Part shown: positions 24,465 to 32,000 of the stretch, one piece after another
Numbering within the stretch: the stretch's first letter is position 1
Layout: every line of letters starts with the position of its first letter
Source: an uncultured Candidatus Peribacteria bacterium
GTDB taxonomy: Bacteria > Patescibacteriota > Gracilibacteria > GCA-2401425
NCBI GenBank assembly: GCA_964466055.1
Contig: CAYXLW010000005.1
Location: forward strand, 49,508-81,507
Length of the DNA: 32,000 nucleotides
Direction of reading: 5' to 3'
Program-made: the position numbers and the translations under genes
The notes under the pieces: generated by a model
What the model saw: only the letters and a program-made list of their open reading frames with translations
Database searches by the model: none
Told to the model about the DNA's origin: nothing

Positions 24465-26591
24465 ATGACCGACGACCAAAAAAATATTGCAGACTTACTT
24501 GGAGAAGAAGTAAAAAATATTGTTCATGACACTTCAGCTTATCAAAAGGAGGAGCCTGTAGCTCAAATGAAAGTAGAAGTAAAAAATGAAGAAATTATTT
24601 CTATGGAAACTAAAAAACAGGGTTTCTTTCAAAAATTAATAAGCCTATTTTTTTCAAAAAACAAGTCTCAAAAAATAGATTTAGTGACACCTTCTGCAAA
24701 AGTAGAAATTACAGACACCTCTGCATCATCTATTCCTGAAAATAAAGAAATTAAAGAGATTGCGGAAGTTTATTTGAATGAAAATATGACAAAAAAAGAA
24801 AAGCAAGAAGAATTAGAAAAATTGAAAGAAGCCGAAAGAAAATATTATGAAGGAATGATGAGTATCCGTGATATGATTGCTCCTTCATCTATTGAAGTTA
24901 AAGGGGGCTATATGAAATTAGGAGATACGTTTGCAAGGTCATTTTTTGTATTTGCATATCCTAGATTTATTGAAGCTAACTGGTTAGCTCCTATAATAAA
25001 TCTTGATACGACTATAGACATATCTTGCTTTATCTATCCCTCTCAATCAGATGAAATGCTTAGAGTTTTAAGAAAAAAAGTGGCACAGATGCACTCTTCT
25101 ATGAGAATGAACGCAGAGAAAGGAAGAGTAAGAGATCCTGCTCTTGAAACTGCATTACAAGATGCGGAAGAACTTAGAAATCAACTACAAAGAGGAGAAG
25201 AAAAATTTTTCCACTTAGGTTTGTATCTTACCATCTATGCAAAAACAGAGGAAAAATTAGACAAGATGTCAACTGAAATAGAATCAATTCTTGGTGGTAA
25301 AATGGTGTTAACCAAAAGAGCTACTTTGCAAATGGAGCATGGGTTTAACTCTTGTTTACCTATAGCCTTAGATGAAATGCAGATTATAAGAAATATGAAT
25401 ACATCACCGCTTTCGACTACATTTCCATTTTCATCATCAGAGCTAACTTCCGATAAAGGGATTCTCTATGGATTGAATCGTCATAATGATTCGTTAATTA
25501 TATTTGATAGATTTTCTCTAGAAAATGCCAATTCAGTTGTTTTTGCAAAATCTGGAGCTGGGAAATCTTACGCAGTAAAATTAGAAATCCTTAGACTTAT
25601 GATGTTAGGAGTTGATGTTATTGTCATTGATCCTGAAAAAGAATATAAAGATTTATGTGATACAGTTGGAGGAACTTACATGAATATTTCACTAAATTCA
25701 TCGGAACGTGTAAATCCTTTTGATCTTCCTTATGGATTAAAAGATGATGATTTAAAACCTGGTGATTTACTTAGAAGTGCTATTATAAATCTTCATGGGT
25801 TATTTAATCTTATGTTAGGGAAATTAAATTCAGAGGAAGAATCTTTAATGGACAGAGCCTTACTTGATTGCTATGCCCTTAAAGGAATTACACTTGAGAC
25901 TGAAAATCCTGGAGATTTCCCTGCACCTACAATGGAAGAACTTTACGATATTTTAACATCAATGAAAGGTGCTGAAAATTTAGCGATGCGTTTACAAAAA
26001 TATACTACTGGCTCTTTTGCAGGAATTTTTAATCAAGCAACAAATGTAGATTTATCTAGTGGGATAATTGTGTTTAATATACGTGACTTAGAAGATGAAC
26101 TAAGGCCAATTGCAACTTATGTTATTTTAAATTTTATATGGAATAAAGTTAGATCATCATTAAAAAAACGCATACTTGTTATGGATGAAGCTTGGACAAT
26201 GATGCAACATGATGATAGTGCTAAGTTTCTTTATGGGCTTGTAAAACGAGCAAGAAAATATTGGCTAGGTGTAACTACTATTACACAAGATGTTGAAGAC
26301 TTTCTTCGTTCTCCTTATGGGAAACCTGTTATTACAAACTCATCTATGCAACTTCTTCTTAAGCAATCGTCAACTGCGGTTGAAGAATTAACAAAAATTT
26401 TCAATTTAACAGAAGGTGAAGGATATATGTTGCTTAATTCAGAAATTGGACAAGGTTTATTTTTTGCAGGGAATAAACATGTTGCTTGCCAAATTATAGC
26501 CTCTTATAGTGAAGACAAAGTTATAACAACTAATCCCGAGGAAATTTCTAATAAACAACAAGATGATTTGGAATATGAATCGGCAAATTAG
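24465..26591 (+). CDS. VirB4/TraE-like type IV secretion ATPase
   Basis: 708 aa with Walker A (AKSGAGKSY), VIVIDPEKEY, RVNPFDL, Walker B (LVMDEAW) and a C-terminal TTITQDVEDF. Confidence 0.8.
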   Translation: MTDDQKNIADLLGEEVKNIVHDTSAYQKEEPVAQMKVEVKNEEIISMETKKQGFFQKLISLFFSKNKSQKIDLVTPSAKVEITDTSASSIPENKEIKEIAEVYLNENMTKKEKQEELEKLKEAERKYYEGMMSIRDMIAPSSIEVKGGYMKLGDTFARSFFVFAYPRFIEANWLAPIINLDTTIDISCFIYPSQSDEMLRVLRKKVAQMHSSMRMNAEKGRVRDPALETALQDAEELRNQLQRGEEKFFHLGLYLTIYAKTEEKLDKMSTEIESILGGKMVLTKRATLQMEHGFNSCLPIALDEMQIIRNMNTSPLSTTFPFSSSELTSDKGILYGLNRHNDSLIIFDRFSLENANSVVFAKSGAGKSYAVKLEILRLMMLGVDVIVIDPEKEYKDLCDTVGGTYMNISLNSSERVNPFDLPYGLKDDDLKPGDLLRSAIINLHGLFNLMLGKLNSEEESLMDRALLDCYALKGITLETENPGDFPAPTMEELYDILTSMKGAENLAMRLQKYTTGSFAGIFNQATNVDLSSGIIVFNIRDLEDELRPIATYVILNFIWNKVRSSLKKRILVMDEAWTMMQHDDSAKFLYGLVKRARKYWLGVTTITQDVEDFLRSPYGKPVITNSSMQLLLKQSSTAVEELTKIFNLTEGEGYMLLNSEIGQGLFFAGNKHVACQIIASYSEDKVITTNPEEISNKQQDDLEYESAN

Positions 26592-26768
26592 GTATAACAA
26601 ATTGAACTATAAGAAATGAAAAACTTTTAGGATTTAATAAAGAGTTAAGAAGAAGTCATAGTTTTTCATGCTTTAGAATAAAGATAATGTTTTAAAATTA
26701 AAAATTTTCTCAAAGTTTAATTTTTATCTAAGTTGAAAATAATTAACTAAAATTTAGAACGTATATTC

Positions 26769-27386
26769 ATGCTTGATTTTTTTCAGAAAAACACTAGAAG
26801 TGAAAATGTTTTTGAGTTCAGAAGACAATTAGCTCACATTATTTTCGGTGTTTTAATTTTATGGGGGATTCATTTTGATATTTTAACATATGAGGTTTTA
26901 GCTGTAGTTATAATTATTTTATTCTTTGTTCTTTTGCTTATTAAACAAGGAATAAAAATTCCTATTTTTTATCAAACACTTCATTTTTTTGAACGTGAAA
27001 AACATTTAGAAAAACATCCTGGAAGAGGGCTCTTTTTCTTCGTACTAGGAGCATTTTTTTGTGTTTTATTTTTTGAAAAACAAATTTGTATGGCAGCCTT
27101 ATCAATTCTTCTTATTGGAGATTCTGTAACTAATATTGCTGGAAAACATATTGGAAAAGTTAAAAATCCACTGAATGAAGAAAAAACAATAGAAGGAACT
27201 ATTGCTGGAATTATAGCTTCGTTTTTGGTATGTATTTTATTTTTCCCCATATTCCCAAGTTTCATCACTTCCTCAATAGCAATGATTGTTGAAATCCCGA
27301 AATTATATATAGGAAAAATACCAATCGATGATAATTTAACTATTCCCTTAAGTGCCGGGTTTATATTGTATTTATTCTCTTTGTGA
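26769..27386 (+). CDS. polytopic membrane protein of the CTP-dependent polyprenol/dolichol kinase - CdsA superfamily
   Basis: 205 aa and multi-TM. GDSVTNIAGKHIGK...KTIEGTIAG and a late DDN..IP resemble the SEC59/phytol-kinase family motifs. Confidence 0.55.
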   Translation: MLDFFQKNTRSENVFEFRRQLAHIIFGVLILWGIHFDILTYEVLAVVIIILFFVLLLIKQGIKIPIFYQTLHFFEREKHLEKHPGRGLFFFVLGAFFCVLFFEKQICMAALSILLIGDSVTNIAGKHIGKVKNPLNEEKTIEGTIAGIIASFLVCILFFPIFPSFITSSIAMIVEIPKLYIGKIPIDDNLTIPLSAGFILYLFSL

Positions 27387-27526
27387 ATGTTTAGGAAATA
27401 ATAAAAAATAACCGAGTTATTAATAAAACTTAAATTAAGAATAACAAAATTTGGTTTTATAAAGACATTTTCTTTTTCTTTTTTTATAAATTTTCAATAC
27501 AATAGATACCACAATAATAAGAATAA

Positions 27527-28633
27527 ATGAAAAGCAGAGTTATTATAATAGATGTAATAGAACCTAGAAGCTCAAAAATAGAAGCCACACAAAGTATGGG
27601 AGAGCTTGAAAATTTAGTAAATACATACGGAGGAATGGTTATTATTAAAAAAGTCCAAAAAAAACAAGTCCCAGACTATAAAACTTTCATTGGTTCAGGA
27701 AAATTAGAAGAAATAAAATCAGAAGCAGAGTTAGAAAAAGTAGATTTGATTATTTTTAATAATAACCTTAAGCCTCAACAGCTTTTCAATCTTGAACGAA
27801 TTTTTGAAAAAAAGAATATAAAAGTATGGGATAGAGTTGATTTAATCCTCAAAATTTTTGAAAAACATGCAGAAACATTGGAAGCAAGACTGCAAATAGA
27901 ATTAGCTGCACTTAGACATATGGGCCCAAGAATTTTTAAGATGGGATTGGAGCTTTCAAGACAAGGAGGAGGAATAGGAACACGAGGAATTGGTGAAACA
28001 AATACAGAAATAATGAAAAGGCATCTTGCATCACAAGAAAAAAGAATTCGAGATAAACTTCAAAAAATTCAAACCCAACATGAAACACAAAGAAATTCTA
28101 GAAAAAGAAAAAATTTAAAAACAGTCGCAATTGTCGGATATACCAATGCAGGCAAATCTCAAATATTAAAAACACTTACACAAAAATTAGTAAAAGTAAA
28201 AGATGAACTTTTTGCAACATTAGATACTCGTATTGGTCAGCTATATTTACCAACTACTCAATCAATATGTTTATTAAGCGATACGATTGGATTTATTCAA
28301 AATCTTCCGCCAGACTTAATAGATTCATTTAGATCAACATTAGATGAAGCAATTCATGCAGATATAATTCTTCATGCAATTGATTATGCGGATCCCATGA
28401 AAGAGAAGAAAATCAAAACAGTGTTGGAAATATTAAAAGATTTAAAAATAGAAAAAACCACCTCAATATTTGTTTGTAATAAAATTGATCTTATAAAGAA
28501 TATAAAAACAAAAAGTTTTATAAAAAAATATAAAAAGTATGATCCAGTTTTTATTTCTGCATTAAATAAAGACAATATTTTGAGTCTTGTACACAAAATT
28601 GAGTCAAAATTTGAAAATTCGATTGAAAAATAA
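27527..28633 (+). CDS. hflX: GTPase HflX
   Basis: GGGIGTRGIGETNTE (HflX N-domain), G1 GYTNAGKS, G3 DTIGF and G4 NKID. Confidence 0.9.
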   Translation: MKSRVIIIDVIEPRSSKIEATQSMGELENLVNTYGGMVIIKKVQKKQVPDYKTFIGSGKLEEIKSEAELEKVDLIIFNNNLKPQQLFNLERIFEKKNIKVWDRVDLILKIFEKHAETLEARLQIELAALRHMGPRIFKMGLELSRQGGGIGTRGIGETNTEIMKRHLASQEKRIRDKLQKIQTQHETQRNSRKRKNLKTVAIVGYTNAGKSQILKTLTQKLVKVKDELFATLDTRIGQLYLPTTQSICLLSDTIGFIQNLPPDLIDSFRSTLDEAIHADIILHAIDYADPMKEKKIKTVLEILKDLKIEKTTSIFVCNKIDLIKNIKTKSFIKKYKKYDPVFISALNKDNILSLVHKIESKFENSIEK

Positions 28634-28905
28634 ATGAAAAAATGAGAAGATAGTTGTGGATATTTTTAAAATTATTTTTAAATATACACTGAAGATTTTG
28701 AAATTGGTAAAAACTAGTATTTTTAAACCTTGCTATAAAAACTTGATATTCACTACCCACATTTTTGTAGAAATTTTTAAAAGAATTCTTAACAGAAGGC
28801 GTTTTAAAGTCCCTTTTTGAAAAGAATAGAGGAATACTTTTATCATTTTTAAAGAACCAAAGTGTATAGAAACAACAAGAGTTTTTATCATTAATTTTAT
28901 GTATT

Positions 28906-30477
28906 ATGGAATTTTTAATCTGGGTAATCGTTGGAGTTATAGTTGGAGCAGGAGGAGCTTTTTTATTTCTTAAAAAAGAGGAGAGTAAGAAAATAATAGA
29001 AGAAGAAAAAAAACTGCTTCACTTAAAACAAGATGTTTTAAAAACAGAATCGGAAATTAAAAACAAACAGTTAGAATTAAAAGAGGAAAGAATAAAAGCA
29101 GAGGATGCATCAAGGCAAATCCTTAGTAAGGCAAAAGAAGAAGCACAAGAATTAAAAATTGAATTAGAAAAAAGTAAAACTAGAGCTGAAGAAAAAGAAG
29201 AAAATTTAGAAAAAAAAGAAAAAGAATTAGACAAAAAAGTTGAACTACTTGAGCAATTAAAAGAAGCGTTTAAGGAAAAAGAGGAAACACTTGCACAAGA
29301 AAAAGAAAAAATAAAAAAAGCGTTAGAAGAACAAAGTGAGCGTCTTGCAGAGATTGGGAAAATGTCAAAAGATGAAGCAAGAGATATTTTATTAAAAATA
29401 GTTGAGAAGGAGAGTAAAGATGTTCTTTTGAAGCAAATTGAAATAGTAGAAAGAGATCTGAAAGAAGATGCCCAAAAGAGAGCACAAGATATTGTTGTTC
29501 AAGCTATACAACGATATGCAGGCGAAGTTGCAACAGAAAAAATGACAACAATTGTAGAACTTCCAAATGATGAATTAAAAGGACGAATCATTGGAAGAGA
29601 AGGAAGGAATATCAACACTATTGAGCAAGTAACAGGAGTGGATATCATCGTTGATGATACTCCAAATGCCATTATGATTTCGGGGTTTGATCTTCTTAGA
29701 AGATATATTGCAAAAACATTAATAGAAAAACTTCTTGAAGATGGAAGAATTCATCCTGCAAGAATTGAAGAATTAGCAGAAAAAGTATTTAAAGACACAA
29801 GTATTTTTATAAAAGAAGTTGCGGAAAAAGCTCTTATGGATATAGGTATTTCAGGTCTACATCCAGATCTTGTTAAAATTATAGGAAGACTTCATTTTAG
29901 AACATCATACGGGCAGAACCAATTAAAGCATGCAGTAGAAGTTGGGCATATAGCTGGACTTATTGCTACTCAAATAGGCTATGACATTGAAAAAGCTAAA
30001 CTTGCAGGATTCTTACATGACATAGGGAAAGCAGTTGATCACCAAATAGAAGGAACACACACAGAGATTGGTTACACTATTTTAAAGAAATACAAAATAG
30101 ATGAAGAAGTTACTAATGCTGTAAGAGCTCACCATGGAGATGTCCCTTCAGAAACAAATCTTGGCTTTATTGTTTGTGCTGCAGATGCTATTTCTGGAGC
30201 AAGACCTGGGGCAAGAAAAGAAAGCCTAGATGCATATATTAAGCGTTTACAAAATTTAGAAGAAATAGCTACTTCTTTTCCAGGAGTACAACAAGCTTAT
30301 GCAATACAAGCAGGGCGTGAAGTTCGTATTATAGTTTCTCCTAGTGAAGTAGATGATTATGGTGCAAAAAAACTTTCACTTGATATTGCTCAAAAAATTG
30401 AAGAAGAGTTGAATTATCCTGGTCAAATAAAGGTTCATGTTATCCGTGATTTACGAGAAATTAGTTTTGCAAAATAG
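28906..30477 (+). CDS. rny: ribonuclease Y
   Basis: N-terminal TM helix, Lys/Glu coiled coil, KH domain (GRIIGREGRNI) and HD domain (LHDIGKA...HH). Confidence 0.9.
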   Translation: MEFLIWVIVGVIVGAGGAFLFLKKEESKKIIEEEKKLLHLKQDVLKTESEIKNKQLELKEERIKAEDASRQILSKAKEEAQELKIELEKSKTRAEEKEENLEKKEKELDKKVELLEQLKEAFKEKEETLAQEKEKIKKALEEQSERLAEIGKMSKDEARDILLKIVEKESKDVLLKQIEIVERDLKEDAQKRAQDIVVQAIQRYAGEVATEKMTTIVELPNDELKGRIIGREGRNINTIEQVTGVDIIVDDTPNAIMISGFDLLRRYIAKTLIEKLLEDGRIHPARIEELAEKVFKDTSIFIKEVAEKALMDIGISGLHPDLVKIIGRLHFRTSYGQNQLKHAVEVGHIAGLIATQIGYDIEKAKLAGFLHDIGKAVDHQIEGTHTEIGYTILKKYKIDEEVTNAVRAHHGDVPSETNLGFIVCAADAISGARPGARKESLDAYIKRLQNLEEIATSFPGVQQAYAIQAGREVRIIVSPSEVDDYGAKKLSLDIAQKIEEELNYPGQIKVHVIRDLREISFAK

Positions 30478-30495
30478 AAATTTAAAATTTACCAT

Positions 30496-30527
30496 CACCT
30501 CAACCCCTCGCCCAAAAGGAGAGGGGC
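30496..30527. repeat. GC-rich palindromic mini-element (copy B, inverted relative to copy A)
   Basis: The reverse complement reads CCCCTCT-CCT-TTTGGG-CGAGGG-GTTGAGGTG. It shares the CCCCTCT / TTTGGG / GAGGG / TGAGG blocks with 12140-12174. It lies 19 nt after the rny stop and may also act as a terminator hairpin. Confidence 0.5.
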
Positions 30528-30637
30528 TTATTAATTATGGAATTTATTGCAAAATATAGAATTGCAAGATGCAAAGTTTTTTATTTTGAAATCGAAGCTT
30601 TTAATTTATAATCAAAGCAACTATGTAATTTTTTTAT

Positions 30638-31567
30638 ATGAAAGCATTTTATATCACTAAAGCAGGTAAAGTTACCGATACAGATGTGTCTAGAAAAGAT
30701 CTAACTAAAAAGTTTAATATTCATAATAGAGATTTAAGGCCAATTTTTCTTTCACAACAAGTTTCAACAATACTTATCAGAGGAGACAGTATTATAATTA
30801 ATTTAGGTTCAATTAAGATAATTGTTGGGCAAAAAGATGCATATATTTTTAATGTAAGTAATAAAAATGTTTCTGAAAACTTAGTTCCTAAAATTTATAA
30901 AGAGTTAACTTCTGCTGAAGAATCAAGTATTACTTTTGAATTTAAAATATTGGATTTATCATTAAGTAATAAACAAGAAAAGCTTTTTTCCGAATCTAAT
31001 TTATTAGAAAAAAAAGTAAATAAAATCCTTCAAACTTTAAGAGATGATTCAAGCGAAGAAAATTTAGAAATACTTTTAACAACAAAAAAAGATCTTGCTA
31101 GTTTTGAATCAGATACTCATGAAATACAAAGATCAATACTTGATATATTAGAAGATGAAGAGGATGTACAAGATATTTATCTTGCGAAAGAAAAAAGTTC
31201 TCCAGAGGAAATTGAAAAAAACATTGAAGAAATTGAATCAATTCTTGAAAACTACATAGAACAGATTGAAGAAATAATTCATAAAACTTCTCAATTAAAA
31301 GAACATATTGATTCGACTCAAGATATTATTACATTGAAGTTAGCTAATGTTCGAAACACTATAATTCGATTCGATTTGATTATTAGTATTGTTACTGCAG
31401 TTCTTGCGGTGCCTACTATTATTGTAGGGTTATATGGGATGAATATTATAAGTTCTTTGGAAAAAAGTAATAGTGCATTTTTTATTATTTCTTCAAGTCT
31501 TATTGTCTTTCTTCTTTTTATGTTCTTCTTTTCATGGTGGTACTTGAGAAGAAAGAAGATTATATAA
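30638..31567 (+). CDS. CorA/Mrs2-family magnesium transporter
   Basis: 309 aa with two C-terminal TM helices. The GMN signature sits in VGLYGMNI at the end of the first helix. Confidence 0.8.
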   Translation: MKAFYITKAGKVTDTDVSRKDLTKKFNIHNRDLRPIFLSQQVSTILIRGDSIIINLGSIKIIVGQKDAYIFNVSNKNVSENLVPKIYKELTSAEESSITFEFKILDLSLSNKQEKLFSESNLLEKKVNKILQTLRDDSSEENLEILLTTKKDLASFESDTHEIQRSILDILEDEEDVQDIYLAKEKSSPEEIEKNIEEIESILENYIEQIEEIIHKTSQLKEHIDSTQDIITLKLANVRNTIIRFDLIISIVTAVLAVPTIIVGLYGMNIISSLEKSNSAFFIISSSLIVFLLFMFFFSWWYLRRKKII

Positions 31568-31612
31568 AAATTATAACCTAGCATTTCTTATCGATTCGTT
31601 AATTCCTATTTT

Positions 31613-31723
31613 ATGCAAAAAAGTTGCTCTAAATGTCATAAAAAAGTACAAACAACATATTCTCCTGATAGATCAGAGAGAATATTCTGTGAAAAATGTT
31701 ATTTGGGCGAAGTTTATGAATGA
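31613..31723 (+). CDS. 36-aa zinc-ribbon protein
   Basis: Translated by hand: MQKSCSKCHKKVQTTYSPDRSERIFCEKCYLGEVYE (CxxC-17-CxxC). It resembles the C-terminal module of the 562-aa Cys-rich protein and is followed directly by a strong terminator. Confidence 0.5.
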   Translation: MQKSCSKCHKKVQTTYSPDRSERIFCEKCYLGEVYE

Positions 31724-31729
31724 ACCTAA

Positions 31730-31761
31730 CCCCGCGAGTCGTTAACGACCCGCGGGGTTTT
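31730..31761. terminator. GC-rich bidirectional intrinsic terminator between convergent genes
   Basis: CCCCGCG-A-GTCG-TTAA-CGAC-C-CGCGGGG followed by TTTT. Confidence 0.7.
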
Positions 31762-31777
31762 CTGTCTTTGTCTTTCT

Positions 31778-32000
31778 TTAATTAATAACGGTTAAGTTCA
31801 TAGGAATGCTGTAACCTATTGCAGATCCTTGTTGTCCTGCAGGAATGTATTGAGTTAGATTGATATCTGTAATAAAGAAATTTTTGTACTGTGCTTCAGC
31901 TCCTGTGGCAGATGCTAAGTTAACACTTGTCACTCCATTAAAATTAGATGAAGAAGAACAGATAACATTAGCTGATTTTAAACTAGTACCTCCAACCGCA
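31778..32000 (-). CDS. C-terminal fragment of a hypothetical, probably secreted or surface, protein (start lies outside the window)
   Basis: Open frame to the window edge, translated by hand: ...AVGGTSLKSANVICSSSSNFNGVTSVNLASATGAEAQYKNFFITDINLTQYIPAGQQGSAIGYSIPMNLTVIN*. Rich in Ser/Thr/Asn/Gly. Confidence 0.45.
   Translation of the reverse strand, partial: AVGGTSLKSANVICSSSSNFNGVTSVNLASATGAEAQYKNFFITDINLTQYIPAGQQGSAIGYSIPMNLTVIN

Noticed and set aside
26981-31584. The short minus-strand ORFs 26981-27268, 28384-28596, 28551-28760 and 31318-31584.
   Set aside because: They are antisense to hflX, the membrane protein or corA, or lie in an AT-rich spacer with a low-complexity hydrophobic translation.
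1-32000. CRISPR arrays, rRNA genes, intact tRNA genes, recoded stop codons (for example UGA as Gly) and programmed frameshifts.
   Set aside because: No regularly spaced direct repeats were seen. No rRNA-like conserved blocks and no cloverleaf could be drawn. All well-supported genes close with standard stops and none needs read-through.

Overview
AT-rich (roughly 30% GC by eye), gene-dense bacterial DNA read with the standard genetic code. The content looks like a reduced-genome CPR/Patescibacteria-type organism. Evidence for that: L30 is absent between S5 and L15, Shine-Dalgarno signals are weak, many ribosomal proteins carry Lys/Glu-rich tails, and a VirB4/VirB2-like pair is present. This lineage call is inference, not proof.

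The left third (1-10.9 kb) looks accessory. It holds a ParB-domain/DNA-methyltransferase fusion, a glyoxalase-II-like MBL hydrolase, a GT-A-like protein and a KASIII-like condensing enzyme. It also holds an IS4-superfamily IS element whose transposase is broken by a 13-bp tandem duplication. A tight minus-strand operon follows (PD-(D/E)XK-like protein, beta-CASP MBL nuclease, HAD mini-phosphatase, possibly a Lys-rich 306-aa protein). That operon is preceded by a promoter and a roughly 130-nt strongly structured RNA leader.

The middle holds a modular cysteine-rich protein carrying an in-frame GC-rich palindromic mini-element. Next comes an orphan HisI-HisG fusion / LOG-family / HisE operon, then radC, an XRE regulator and rpsA.

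The right half holds a truncated ribosomal-protein cluster (L16 to L15, no L30, no SecY), followed by rpsP and a KH protein. After that come a VirB2-like/VirB4-like pair, a polyprenol-kinase-like membrane protein, hflX, rny, a CorA/Mrs2-like transporter and a tiny zinc-ribbon ORF.

No rRNA, convincing tRNA or CRISPR array was seen.
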